A stretch of 64,000 nucleotides of DNA from Meyerozyma guilliermondii (lineage: Eukaryota). Each line of letters opens with the position of its first letter. The stretch's first letter is position 1. The translations under genes were made by a program, and so were the position numbers. Under the pieces are notes generated by a model. That model was not told where the DNA came from. It did no database searches and saw nothing but the letters and a program-made list of their open reading frames with translations. The stretch spans positions 372,001 through 436,000 of the forward strand of contig CP128816.1 of the NCBI GenBank assembly GCA_051546255.1. The letters are read 5' to 3'. Of this stretch, positions 53,108 through 64,000 are shown one piece after another.

Positions 53108-54625
53108 AAAGCTCAAGGCACAAGAGCTGACTTGCTCAATTAGAACGGCTGCAAAAATAGGTTCACGTTTCAATTCAGGTCAAATGATTTAATGATGCAA
53201 ATAGTTTAAGTGGATTCAGTTTCTTAATATCACATCATCCAATGATAAATAGGCCAGATACAGTATTCGATAATCACTAAACGAACATTTCAAGTATGAC
53301 ATGGAAGAGATGTCCAGAGATTTAATGTTCGAATACGACGAGTGAAAGACAATGATCTTGCTGAATCTGCTTGGCTTCATCCTTGAAGACCACTTCCTAA
53401 ATCTATGGTCGGCAATGATTACCTTCCCGAATAACTTCTGTTTTCCTGTTATCGCCTGAAATCTTCCAACACTCAATGCTCGTTTCCTTGTCAGCATTTG
53501 AGCACTGCTTCTGTTACGGGTCTAGTATCGTCACATATCCAAGAACAAAAACGATCGACTTCTGTGTGACTTCCAATTCTCAAGCTGGCTGATAAGAACC
53601 TATAAGCTTTCTGAATAACGGTTCATTACCAAGAGTTGCCTCACTTGACTCCAACGTCCTCCACTAGAATCGCTGGAACCCAATCTTATGGCTCTCAATC
53701 CTTTACCTTCCGTGGTTAGCAGCCAACCGAGATCTACATAAACGTGGTTGTGCACAAGACCAATGCAAGCAATGGCAAATACTGCAACTGCAAATCCAAA
53801 GCCCATTTTCTCGATGTCCAAAATTGTGGAAGTAAAGCAGCGGAAATCCCAGCTTAGTTTCTGGAGGCTACTGACAGTACTATCCGTCAAAAAGTTTAAT
53901 TAAAGCTGTTCGTAAGCATTAAATGTTAGAAAACTTGAGAAATTGAGGCAGCCGGTAATCAGGAGTTCAAATTGAAGGATCTTTTGCCTGTTGTTGATCT
54001 GTTAGATTATGATTATCGGGAAGAGAAGAAGCTGCAATCTAAGCGCAAACGGAGAAAGTTTTGTGCTTACTGCAATGGTCGGTCCAAAAATGTTTCAAGA
54101 AACTCAACAATCCTGAGTAGAATTCACACTGTACAAGCGACCAAAACAAGAATCAACGTTTCAAATTTGGCTTGTTGTCAACTTTGAACGGAACGATGGC
54201 ACTTTTTCTTACGTATTTGCAGCCACCAACAATATATTCCTATCACATTTGTTGAGTGTTTCCAACCAGCAACTTCGGTAGCTGATTCATCTTAGGTAGC
54301 TACTGGTTCAACATGGTTTCTTTCATTTTGATCGTTCGTTCATTCTGATCTCTGGCAAAGAAAACAGGAAAGAAAAACAGAAAATGAGGGCAGCTTAAAC
54401 TTTAAAATGGTTTGGACCAATTAATGGTTTCAGAATCAATTTGAACACAATTGACTCCTAGAATCATCTTTTAAACCCGGTCAAAATTCCTCAAGATCAA
54501 GGATTCAAAAATACCAACAAATAAAGTTTTAATTCTCTGCTCACATTCTTCGAATGCTCGAATGCTCGATCGTTATCTCACACCCATGCACCCGTCAAAT
54601 ATCGAAATTCTCAACCCCAATAACA

Positions 54626-55756
54626 ATGCGGTTATCATGGCTAGTGTTTGCTGGGTCGGCCATTGCATCCTTATGGCAAGACCAGGTTGTTCTCGGAACT
54701 GAATCAGCCCCTCAACTCAAATCTGAGACTGAAAGCTCTCTTCTTGAATTCCACAAAAATTTAATTACAATTCCTTCTGTCAGTGGAAACGAATTGGCCG
54801 TAGCAAAGTATCTTGGGTCATATTTAAAGTCGCTCAACTTGACTGTGGAATACCAGAAAGTCACCAAAAACAGGTATAATGTGTATGCGTACTTGGGAAA
54901 CAAACGTAATACCACTGTTTTACTCACCAGTCATATTGATACGGTTCCTCCATATTTGCCATACAAAGTTGAAGGATCCAGGATTTATGGACGTGGGTCC
55001 ACGGATGCCAAGGCTTCGGTAGCAGTGCAAGTTTTTGCATTTGCACAAATGGCTGCAAAAAAAGTCATTGGTGAAGGTGATGTTGGGTTGCTTTATGTTG
55101 TAGGTGAAGAAGTTGATGGTCGAGGAATGGAAACCGCTTCAAAGTCCCTTGGGGCCCAGTGGGAAGCTGCGATATTTGGTGAGCCCACAGAACTCAAATT
55201 GGGTGTGGGACATAAAGGTGCTTATGTTGTGAATGTTCTGGTGAATGGAACCGCTGCTCATTCCGGGTATCCTGAACTTGGAGTTTCCGCTACCGAAACG
55301 TTGGTTCCATTGTTGGCTCAATTGCTCAATGCCGAATGGCCAACATCCAAATTGCTTGGTCCTTCAACCTTGAATATTGGCAAAATTGATGCTGGAGTTG
55401 CAGCCAATGTGATTCCCGCCCATGCCGAAGCACAATGTTTTGTCCGAGTTGCTGCCGATTTGGACGCCGTGGACAAAACCATGACTTCTATTCTCAGCGG
55501 CCACAAGAACGTAAAATACGACGTTTTGACAAAAGTAGAACCACAATACTTGGATTACCAGGTGCCTGGATTCGACTCCATTGTTCTTGCTTATGCCACC
55601 GATATCCCACATATGCATCTACAACTACAAAAACGGTACCTCTACGGACCAGGAACCATCCACGTGGCCCACGGAGCCAACGAGTACGTGGAAATCCAGG
55701 ATTTATACGACGGTGTTGACGGCTACACCAGGTTGATTAGACACTGTCTCGAGTAA
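54626..55756 (+). CDS. Secretory-pathway M20 family metallopeptidase/deacylase
   Basis: Signal-like MRLSWLVFAGSAIA; SHIDTVP, GRGSTDAK, VGEE, GEPT, AH...E. Confidence 0.88.
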   Translation: MRLSWLVFAGSAIASLWQDQVVLGTESAPQLKSETESSLLEFHKNLITIPSVSGNELAVAKYLGSYLKSLNLTVEYQKVTKNRYNVYAYLGNKRNTTVLLTSHIDTVPPYLPYKVEGSRIYGRGSTDAKASVAVQVFAFAQMAAKKVIGEGDVGLLYVVGEEVDGRGMETASKSLGAQWEAAIFGEPTELKLGVGHKGAYVVNVLVNGTAAHSGYPELGVSATETLVPLLAQLLNAEWPTSKLLGPSTLNIGKIDAGVAANVIPAHAEAQCFVRVAADLDAVDKTMTSILSGHKNVKYDVLTKVEPQYLDYQVPGFDSIVLAYATDIPHMHLQLQKRYLYGPGTIHVAHGANEYVEIQDLYDGVDGYTRLIRHCLE

Positions 55757-55976
55757 ATGTACGCAATCTTCTATATCCAATGGTAGTAAAATCTACCAGC
55801 GGACTCAAACCATGCTCTCAATCTCGCAAATGTCTACACGAATGCCCTAGAAAAGGCAGCCATCGAGACACTCGCTTGCGAATAGAAAGAATGAAAACGG
55901 TGAGAATTTATATTCCGTTGGTGTCTGGATGTCATCTCCACTACAATTCATCTCTCGATTCGCGACAGAATCCATC

Positions 55977-56849
55977 ATGGCGGAACCGGCGTGGAAAAAG
56001 CTCGGGCTCAAGGTTTCCGATAGTGGCGATTCCGGGGTTTCTGTTGCACACATAGACTCGGCGCAGCTCACAAATCGCGATGTTAAGGCGATAAATAAGC
56101 AAAAACGGAAATTGGAACATGGAAATAACGGCACCAAAAAACCACCCAAACGAGTCAAAGTTCCTAAAAGTGAACGTAAACCTCCCCCAGAGAAAGATCA
56201 GCTCTTCTACTTGCGCCAGTATACAACAGATCGAGACAATTGGAAATTTAGCAAACAGAAACAAAACTGGATTTTGAAAAATATCGAAACGATTCCCGAA
56301 AAGTATCACCACGACTTGATAGCATATTTAGAAGGTATTCAAGGAGGCTCACGACTGCGACTTTTGGAGGAGATGCAGGCGGTGGTGGAAAGATGGAATG
56401 CGGCTGGTAATGCTGCGGAGGAAAAAATAAGGGAGAAGGGGAATGGAGAAAAGACTGAAGAAAATGGAGAAGAAAAGTCTGAGAAGTCTGAAGGTAATGA
56501 GTCTGAGAAGGAAGGACCAACTTATACTTATGCCGTGCGGTGTCGTGACATCATAAAGGCTTTGACGGAGGAGTTTTTCCCTCTTAGCGGCGTTGACGAA
56601 ATTGAGAGTGATGAGAAAAACGAGCCTGAAGAAACCGAAGAAAAGGCTGAATTCCCGGAATCACACGACGAGGAGGACAATCTTATAATTGAGGAGGTAG
56701 ACGTTGCGGGCGTGCAGCTTGAGCCACCATTAGCATTTGAGAAAAAGGAACATGAGGAGGAGGAGGGAAAGGAGAAGAAGAAGAAGAAGAAAGAGAAAAA
56801 GGAAAAGAAGGAGAAGAAGGAAAAGAAGAAGAAGGACACAAGTAAATGA
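55977..56849 (+). CDS. RBP95: WKF-domain nucleolar protein (Rbp95/YCR016W-like)
   Basis: PAWKKLGLK, KDQL.YL, WKFSKQKQNWILKN, KKE tail. Confidence 0.82.
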   Translation: MAEPAWKKLGLKVSDSGDSGVSVAHIDSAQLTNRDVKAINKQKRKLEHGNNGTKKPPKRVKVPKSERKPPPEKDQLFYLRQYTTDRDNWKFSKQKQNWILKNIETIPEKYHHDLIAYLEGIQGGSRLRLLEEMQAVVERWNAAGNAAEEKIREKGNGEKTEENGEEKSEKSEGNESEKEGPTYTYAVRCRDIIKALTEEFFPLSGVDEIESDEKNEPEETEEKAEFPESHDEEDNLIIEEVDVAGVQLEPPLAFEKKEHEEEEGKEKKKKKKEKKEKKEKKEKKKKDTSK

Positions 56850-56957
56850 ATGAAGAATTAGAGGATTTTCAGCGCACTAGTCATAAATACGCCAATTAAT
56901 AAGCTCGCAGGTACTTGATATCTCTTTGATTCTCTAGCGTGGGCCAGGGCATTTACT

Positions 56958-57200
56958 GTCTCGCTACTTCGCGCTAAAATTTGTCGTGGTTTCTCGCTAG
57001 AACTTTAATAAATTTCTCGCTAGTCTCGCCATTTTCTGGTACTTCGCGCTAAAATTGTCGCGAATTCTCGCTACTATTCCCGTAATTTCCACTACTTCTC
57101 GCTAAGTCTCGCGCTATTTTCAGCCACTCCTCGCTAGAATTTCCACTTCCCAATTCTCCTATCTTTTCTTTAACTTCTCTGACCTAACTCTCGCTAGCTT
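56958..57200. repeat. Degenerate CTCGCTA/TCGCGCTA repeat array
   Basis: Seven CTCGCTA copies and two TACTTCGCGCTAAAATT copies. Confidence 0.75.
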
Positions 57201-57342
57201 CCTTAACTCTCCTCAATTCTCCTTACTTTCTATTTTTTCCCAAAAATTCCTCACTAATTCCTATTTTTAAGTCTCCCTTTCCCTATTCCCTACTCCCTCT
57301 TTTCGCGAATCCACCCCGAATTCGCAAACTCTCACCTTTCTC

Positions 57343-60300
57343 ATGCCCGATCTCTTATCCCTGTTGGCCGACAAGGCCCTAGATGTCGATCCCGATCTCC
57401 GGTTCATGGCATTGGAAGACTTGCGCAAACACCTTAATGACCCAAAAGTGGAAATCAGACCCCGTCAAGTCGAAAAATTCGTGCCGATTCTCTTTCGACT
57501 TTTGCACGATTCCAACCCCAACGTTCAGAGCCAAGCCGTCAAGACTTTTGCGCCGGTAGCACAGTATGTTGAAGAGAAAGTGGTGCTCAACATGCTTACA
57601 AAGTTGTACGATGAAGTGGAAAAGGAAAATAGTGATGGACGAATCACCACCTCGATTCCTTCAATGGCACTTCACAATATTCTTGCTAGTGACCACCGGT
57701 TCGAACCCCAATTGGCCCGTAAAATCATCCACGCCATCATTCCTGCCATATTTTCCAAAAACGCCACCATAGACTCGATGGAGTTGCTCATCGATATAGT
57801 TTCGGCAACTGGATTTGTCATTGAAGATTCGGAAATTTTGGACCTTCTGGTACAAGTAATTGACATTGTGTTTCGCCACGATGGAATGCTAGGCACTAGA
57901 GCCGCGGTAGCGCTTCAGGAGCTCTTGTCGTACCTCAATGGAGGAACTACACAGCAAATTATTCACCAATTGACGGTATTGGTGAACGGGCACGAAGGAG
58001 ATATCCAAAAGAAATTGAGTCTTTTTTCCATTATTTTGAAACATGATGCTCCCCACGATGCTATTCAAGTGGTACGTTCCACCATACAATCGTGTGTTTC
58101 GTTGCAAAATGACACCGACCTCGAGAACATCGACCTTGATGTGGTGGCTCGCGACAATTCCATTCGTGCTTCTGCGCTCACCACTTTGGCAAATATGGTG
58201 TCGTGTGTGAGTAGTGACGAGGTTCCGGTAGACGAATGTATCGATGTTGTGGTGAAATTTGCAAATTATGATCCACTTTCGCTGAACGATTCTGACGAAG
58301 AAGAAGAATATTCCGATATGTCGGACCTCGAATTCGAAGACGACGGCGACCAGGAGTTCGAGTCTGATGACGGCTCGTGGCGCGTGAGACTCAAGGCTTG
58401 CAATGTGGCCAAAAACTTGGTTTTAAACGTTCCTTCGTCGGTTCCAAAAATACTACAAAAATGCTTGGACGTTTTGATTCTTGCTATGACCGGCTCAAGC
58501 GAGGCAGTTGCACATGAGGCTATTGGCTCTGTCACCGCGGCACTCAATACTCCCCAAAAAACGAACCCATCTGACATCTCCAAAATTGAAAAAACCACCC
58601 TCGCTCTCATCACAAAGCCCGACCTCATGCACCATGTTTTGGAGCTAGTTATAGCATTGGCTGCGAAAAACGTCTCCTCCGAGTTCTGGGACCACTTGTT
58701 TGATAAACTTGGTGAGCAGTCCAATACCGAGTACTGGCGACTCTACCGTGCTGTTCTCTCCGAAACAGAACCGGAAAAATTATCCACCAATGTTGTGGAA
58801 ACCATCGCCAAGGATGTTGCCCATGCTCTCCAAGCGTCCACAATGCACTATGTGCTCACCGAGAGCCTTACCATAGCCAGCTTGTTGCTCCATCGTCACG
58901 AAACAACCACAGAACTGCACCAAACTCTTGTGGAAATTTTGGACGTTATCATCGCAAAATGTGGAGATCGTCAGTATTCCAGTGATCTTCGCCAGTCGCT
59001 CATTTCTACGCTTTGTGAGTACTTGTCCACCATCGAAACGTCGGAATCTCAGCAGGAACAATGCTCAAATGTGCTTTTAGCAGCATTGGGATACGAAGCT
59101 ACTATGCGAACGGTATTGGCGAGTTCAGGTCCAATTTTTCAAAATGCAAATTTAGCTAAAGGTCAAGGTTTGCAACAGTTTGCAGTATCTTTGGGGCACC
59201 GGCTTCAGGCCGTGCTTGCATCTCCAGACCAAACTTACCATGGTTTATCTCTTCAGTTGCTAGCGACTCTTACCGAGGAGTTGGATGCGGATGAATCAAA
59301 AAAGGCGGTTTCGGCAGTTGTGGAGTTTGGTTTGAGAACAGAGGACTCTCTGCAAATTGCCGAGTGTTTTGCTATACTCGAAAAAGCAAATGTGCAACTT
59401 GGTGAACAAGAAGTTTTGGTAATTGCCCAATTGGCATTGAAAGTGGACGAAGAGTATAGTGTGAAATATTTCCGGAAATTGGCTTCTTGTGGTGGAAACT
59501 TGTTCAGCGTGCTTAAGACGACGCTAAAGGATCGTCCCCGGCTCTTGGCGGCAGTAGCCGTGCTGGAAAAAGATTGTGATATTTTTGAAAAAGTTGGTCA
59601 AATTGATCTCAGTGATAACCAGTTGGAAATGTCACTAAAATTTTTGGGTTGGGCAGCTTTCTACGGAGCAAATGTTCCCCCAGCAACCTTCTTTGACCAA
59701 CTAAACAACTCGTCTGCTGCTATAAAGACAGCGGCTGCTTCGGCGCTCGGTTTGGTCATTTCTAAAGAGCTCGAGTCGCACATCGATACTACGCTCAATG
59801 GACTTTTGCAAGCTTACCAAAACCATCCTTCGCTCCACACATGGCTTCTCGTGGCCTTCAGACCCATACCTACAAAGCATACCGACTACTTGCAAAATAT
59901 CTGGACTACAATATGGAACACCATTTGGTCGAGCGTCGCAACTGCGAATCTTGAAAAACAGTTGGGAGAACTTCGCCAAGCAGGAGAGATTTTGGCGCTT
60001 GCCTGCGATGCCAATGGTGATCTACTTGACCGTGAGTATCTAAATGGCACCGATGCGGAGATTTATGTTGATATTGCTGTACTTAAACAACTGTTAACAA
60101 AACTGCACTCGGCGCACCTTCTTGAGAAAAAACTTGTACAAGTTATGCCAGCAATTAAGAAGATGTCTATTGAAATCAAGCAAGCTATGATCGGAACATT
60201 CTTGACTGCTATTCACAGAAGAATTGATGTTGCTGACCGGGTTATGGACTCGATACTTTTGGCAGTTTATGGCGAGTTGGACGCTCGCGACGAATTCAAA

Positions 60301-60780
60301 AAAACAATCCCCATGGGTCCCTACAAATACGTGATTGACGAGGGATTGGAAATCCGAAAGCTCTGCTACGAACTACTCTACACTGTGGCAGGCCACGAAA
60401 ATCGAGATCATATTGTGATAGCTCACCATGCTATCAGTCATGGACTTATCGATAATGAACCGGATGTGGTGATGTTGGCGTGCGGCGTGGTGCGGCGGTG
60501 CGCTGCAGGTGGCGGTGATAACGACAGCGTAATTTCGGAAAAATCGTTTGTGACAAACCACTCGGTGGTTTCACAATTGATTGCCAATATTCGAGTTTTG
60601 TTTGCCAAGAAAGTACGTCCTAAAGCTAGTGCTCAGGAAACCGAAACTTTCGAAACAATGATCCGAACTGTGGTGCTTATGTCAAATGACGTAAATACGG
60701 CGATGCAGTCGTCGGTTATACCTCCGGAAGTGCAACTCGAGTGGAATAGGTTCTTCCATGAGGTCGAGACCCGCATGTGA
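57343..60780 (+). CDS. CAND1/TIP120 cullin-associated HEAT protein
   Basis: D.DPDLRFMAL.DL, DD.SWRVR, MGPYK..IDEGLEIRK.CYE. Confidence 0.87.
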   Translation: MPDLLSLLADKALDVDPDLRFMALEDLRKHLNDPKVEIRPRQVEKFVPILFRLLHDSNPNVQSQAVKTFAPVAQYVEEKVVLNMLTKLYDEVEKENSDGRITTSIPSMALHNILASDHRFEPQLARKIIHAIIPAIFSKNATIDSMELLIDIVSATGFVIEDSEILDLLVQVIDIVFRHDGMLGTRAAVALQELLSYLNGGTTQQIIHQLTVLVNGHEGDIQKKLSLFSIILKHDAPHDAIQVVRSTIQSCVSLQNDTDLENIDLDVVARDNSIRASALTTLANMVSCVSSDEVPVDECIDVVVKFANYDPLSLNDSDEEEEYSDMSDLEFEDDGDQEFESDDGSWRVRLKACNVAKNLVLNVPSSVPKILQKCLDVLILAMTGSSEAVAHEAIGSVTAALNTPQKTNPSDISKIEKTTLALITKPDLMHHVLELVIALAAKNVSSEFWDHLFDKLGEQSNTEYWRLYRAVLSETEPEKLSTNVVETIAKDVAHALQASTMHYVLTESLTIASLLLHRHETTTELHQTLVEILDVIIAKCGDRQYSSDLRQSLISTLCEYLSTIETSESQQEQCSNVLLAALGYEATMRTVLASSGPIFQNANLAKGQGLQQFAVSLGHRLQAVLASPDQTYHGLSLQLLATLTEELDADESKKAVSAVVEFGLRTEDSLQIAECFAILEKANVQLGEQEVLVIAQLALKVDEEYSVKYFRKLASCGGNLFSVLKTTLKDRPRLLAAVAVLEKDCDIFEKVGQIDLSDNQLEMSLKFLGWAAFYGANVPPATFFDQLNNSSAAIKTAAASALGLVISKELESHIDTTLNGLLQAYQNHPSLHTWLLVAFRPIPTKHTDYLQNIWTTIWNTIWSSVATANLEKQLGELRQAGEILALACDANGDLLDREYLNGTDAEIYVDIAVLKQLLTKLHSAHLLEKKLVQVMPAIKKMSIEIKQAMIGTFLTAIHRRIDVADRVMDSILLAVYGELDARDEFKKTIPMGPYKYVIDEGLEIRKLCYELLYTVAGHENRDHIVIAHHAISHGLIDNEPDVVMLACGVVRRCAAGGGDNDSVISEKSFVTNHSVVSQLIANIRVLFAKKVRPKASAQETETFETMIRTVVLMSNDVNTAMQSSVIPPEVQLEWNRFFHEVETRM

Positions 60781-61227
60781 CGCAATATACGGTTGAACAG
60801 CCACCCACCACCGGCGCAATCACATGTCTCACTTCAAACCCCGAAGTGACAATGGTGCGCGCACGCAGTTCTGGAATTGCAGCCGACTACTTAAACTGCT
60901 GGTTGCCATTAATCAACGAGCTTTGTTTGGTAAAGGTCATCTTGTATTTACGACCGACCAGTTCGCTACTTCCATATCAGCAAATCGTCTGTTTGTCTAC
61001 TTCCACAGATTGTAAGAAGGATACATCCAAATTATCAATAGTGATACATCACTTTTTGGTTCATCACTTTTGAATAGTCACTTGCTTCATCTTCGTCAGA
61101 TTTGATACCCCACAATCTGTCAACTCCGCTCGATCCGAGTGACGTTTGTTTATTTTTCGTTCCCCTCCAAGCTTCCCCGCTGACTTGACTTGGCACCCCT
61201 CCCCCACAAACCGGGCCACGCACGACC

Positions 61228-61449
61228 ATGCTTGTAGATTGGGTTTCGCAGTCGATACATGATTCTACGGAAGCCATGTGGGACAACACATATTACATCC
61301 TAGATACCACGTCGTATTACGCGGTAAATTGCTTGATGCTCACCATGGAATTTGCTGATGACATTGGAGAAATGGTGGATCAAATGTCTTACAATTACAT
61401 GATCTTGCTGACATCGGTCAAACACAAAATGTATAACAATATTAATTAG
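61228..61449 (+). CDS. Putative 73-aa orphan protein
   Basis: ACC ATG start, protein-like composition, stop 19 bp from the convergent LYS4 stop. Confidence 0.45.
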   Translation: MLVDWVSQSIHDSTEAMWDNTYYILDTTSYYAVNCLMLTMEFADDIGEMVDQMSYNYMILLTSVKHKMYNNIN

Positions 61450-61468
61450 CATTTATTGGCATTCTACT

Positions 61469-63493
61469 CTATTGTATTTGTGCCTTAACCCAGCCTTCTA
61501 AACCTCCCTTGACTATAATATCTTGGAGATTGGTGCCGAGTTCACCAACTTTTTGTTGCATGATGACTTTGTTATCAGCATCTGTCACTGTGACTTGAGC
61601 TTTAGGAACATCCCATTTCAAAAACCAGCCTGTTCTAATAGTCAATTCCTTATCTCCAGCGTACTTTTGTCTCAATTTGTCAATTAAAGCTGGAATTTCC
61701 AAAGTTAAAAGAGCATTGTTAATTGAGTTTCTGGAAAAAATGTTACCAAACGAACCGGCAACCACCAATTGCATTCCCCGAGCAAGAATTGCGGTTGCTG
61801 CTTGTTCTCTGGATGATCCAGTACCAAAATTGTAACCGGAAATGATGATATCTCCCGGTTTAGTTTTCGAGTAAAATTCTCCGTCATAATTTTCCATGCA
61901 AACTTGGGCCATTTTTTCTTTTGGAACGTCATCCTGGTAGGTATATTTACCAGGATAGATACCGTCGGTGTTAATGTTGTCGGCATTACAAAGAATAAGC
62001 TCTCCAGTAAGTTCCTGAGGAAAACCAGGAATGATATCCACGCCAGCACCAGTGGCCGAATCTTCAGAATCCGAGGTCGAAACCGATGTGGACCGCTTCA
62101 ATGTTGCAGGAGCAGCAATTTTGGATCCGGAAATCTCCTCTGGACCTCCAATCCGACCAAGAATAGCCGATGCTGCAACCACTTCCGGAGATGCAAGGTA
62201 TGCCAATGCATCTTTTGAACCCATTCTTCCTTTAAAATTCCGGTTGGTGGCTGAAATTCCCACCTCGCCAGGCTCTAATAATCCTGTTCCAAGCCCAATG
62301 CATGGTCCACATCCAGCAGGCAAAGGTTTGGCACCGGCGTCAATGATTGTCTGCCAAGCCCCTGCAGCTTCTGCGTCTTGCTGCACTTGCGACGAAGCTG
62401 CAGCAACATAAAATTCGACTCCGTCGGCAATCGTATGGCCACGAACAATGTCTGCAGCCGCTTGGATGTCACTTAAGCGAGAATTGGTGCATGAAACCAA
62501 ATATGCCTTGTTGATCTTGATGTCTTGTTGCGCCAAATCATGCAAAGAAGATGCAACTTTGACAGAATTGGGTCCAGATACGCATGGTGAAATAGTGCTG
62601 AGATCCACTATCAAATGTTTGGCGTATTTGGCATCGGAATCCGCTGCCATTTCCTTGGCATTTGCAGCCAATTTACCAACTGTGTCAGAATTTATCCGTT
62701 CATGCGGCTGCTGCAACCTTTGCATACGTCCCTCGTAAAAATCAATCACCGTCTGATCCACCGGAAATAACCCGGATAATGCCCCCCATTCAGTGGTCAT
62801 ATTGGCAATTGTGAGCCGGTAATCGATCGGAAGCGACTTGACCCCATCACCCACAAACTCAATGGCATGGTTCAATACCTCATCTTGATTGAAAACTCCA
62901 CAAAGAGCAACAATAACATCTTTACCGGTAACACCCTCGGATAATTCCCCGGTAAATTCCACTTTAGCAACCGGAGGAATCTGCCACCAAGTTTGACCGG
63001 TGGCCCAAATTGCAGCCGCATCGGTCCGCACAATCGGGGTTCCAAGACTTCCGACTCCTCCATACGTATTGGAATGCAGGTCGGATGCCACCGTCAAATT
63101 ATGCGGGAATGCATAACCTTCTTCGATCATAATTTGATGCCCGATTCCACGACCGGCCGGATAAAAATCAATTCCCTGCTCGGTTGCGAATTTTTCAATG
63201 TTGGCATATTTTTTCATATTCGACTCACTCCGGTTCTGAACATCATGATCCAAAGTACATACAACCTGACGGTTATCTTTAACCTTTGTAGCACCGAGTC
63301 CCATAAATTTGGTGGCTACCGGCCATGAATTATCATGTGACATGCAGTGGGCCGGTTTGATGGTTACATAGTCGCCGCTGACAACCTTCTTTCCGGGGGC
63401 CACTCCGACCGCATACTTCTGCACGATCTTCTCGGTTAGATTCTGTCCGCGCAATGCACGCAATCCGGTCGAAAATTGTCGGATGCTCATCAT
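61469..63493 (-). CDS. LYS4: Mitochondrial homoaconitase
   Basis: [45 protein letters not shown]. Confidence 0.97.
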   Translation of the reverse strand: MMSIRQFSTGLRALRGQNLTEKIVQKYAVGVAPGKKVVSGDYVTIKPAHCMSHDNSWPVATKFMGLGATKVKDNRQVVCTLDHDVQNRSESNMKKYANIEKFATEQGIDFYPAGRGIGHQIMIEEGYAFPHNLTVASDLHSNTYGGVGSLGTPIVRTDAAAIWATGQTWWQIPPVAKVEFTGELSEGVTGKDVIVALCGVFNQDEVLNHAIEFVGDGVKSLPIDYRLTIANMTTEWGALSGLFPVDQTVIDFYEGRMQRLQQPHERINSDTVGKLAANAKEMAADSDAKYAKHLIVDLSTISPCVSGPNSVKVASSLHDLAQQDIKINKAYLVSCTNSRLSDIQAAADIVRGHTIADGVEFYVAAASSQVQQDAEAAGAWQTIIDAGAKPLPAGCGPCIGLGTGLLEPGEVGISATNRNFKGRMGSKDALAYLASPEVVAASAILGRIGGPEEISGSKIAAPATLKRSTSVSTSDSEDSATGAGVDIIPGFPQELTGELILCNADNINTDGIYPGKYTYQDDVPKEKMAQVCMENYDGEFYSKTKPGDIIISGYNFGTGSSREQAATAILARGMQLVVAGSFGNIFSRNSINNALLTLEIPALIDKLRQKYAGDKELTIRTGWFLKWDVPKAQVTVTDADNKVIMQQKVGELGTNLQDIIVKGGLEGWVKAQIQ

Positions 63494-63765
63494 GAGATGA
63501 GTCAGAACTATCGCGAATCATAGTATTGGCGGGGACCCTGGTTTGTGCAGGATTGATATCCTGCATTTTGATAGTTTATCACCTTCGGTCGCAATATGAT
63601 AGATCAGTTATGTACACTGCAGGCCTTGCATGGATTTTGTCGGTCATTGTTGCGTCATCGTACGTGGTGGCAATCCGATGGCGCGTTCCTGGTAGTATAG
63701 GTGCTCTTCCTCGGGATCATCCCTCGGTTATACGATTCCGGTTTTATCGAGTATCAATTTTATGC

Positions 63766-64000
63766 ATGTCTCTCTTAACAGGACTTCCTTGCATATTGAC
63801 AGCTACAGGTGCATACACCAGTATAAAAGAGGTATTTTCAGCATTCTATTTCAAACCCAATGGTATACCGTCTGCCCTCATTCTCCTGCTCGTGCTCTAC
63901 TGTGGTCCAATTGCAAATTACATCTATATTACAAGGCTTCAGGATTTAGGCCCAGACACCATATCCACATTTTTCACCCTCGATGGATTGCGAGATCACG
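63766..64000 (+). CDS. Possible ORF running off the window end, with a hydrophobic segment
   Basis: ATG 63766 followed by 78 codons without a stop. A TATAAAAG inside it at 63822 makes the start doubtful. Confidence 0.25.
   Translation, partial: MSLLTGLPCILTATGAYTSIKEVFSAFYFKPNGIPSALILLLVLYCGPIANYIYITRLQDLGPDTISTFFTLDGLRDH

Noticed and set aside
56958..57200. Repeat array as CRISPR or transposon end
   Set aside because: Eukaryotic context, irregular spacing, no cas or transposase gene, no terminal repeats.
57698..57708. GGTTCGAACCC B-box / tRNA
   Set aside because: Inside the CAND1 CDS with no cloverleaf; the similar site near 48666 fails the consensus.

Overview
Gene-dense chromosomal DNA from a budding yeast of the CUG-Ser clade (CTG sits at invariant Ser positions in LYS4, TRM7, DET1 and TPS3). 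I cannot fix the species from the sequence. About 35 housekeeping genes are recognisable, in an order echoing S. cerevisiae blocks YBR058C-A..YBR073W / YDR037W..YDR051C, YMR259C..YMR262W and YCR015C/016W (recalled, not searched). I found no tRNA, rRNA, transposon or CRISPR. Reading beyond the ORF track gave: (1) a spliced TSC3/ssSPT microprotein gene; (2) a dual-guide box C/D snoRNA (snR47) filling the intron of a non-coding host transcript; (3) short first exons that fix the starts of TPS3, DET1, eIF3h and a RING gene, with very short branch-point-to-AG spacing; (4) an Artemis-type nuclease; (5) a Rap1/telomere-like element and a TTYGCAGCC motif recurring between genes; (6) purine tracts directly after several stop codons; (7) orphan small ORFs. 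I see no convincing wholly new multi-gene system. All family calls are from motif recall, with no database search.
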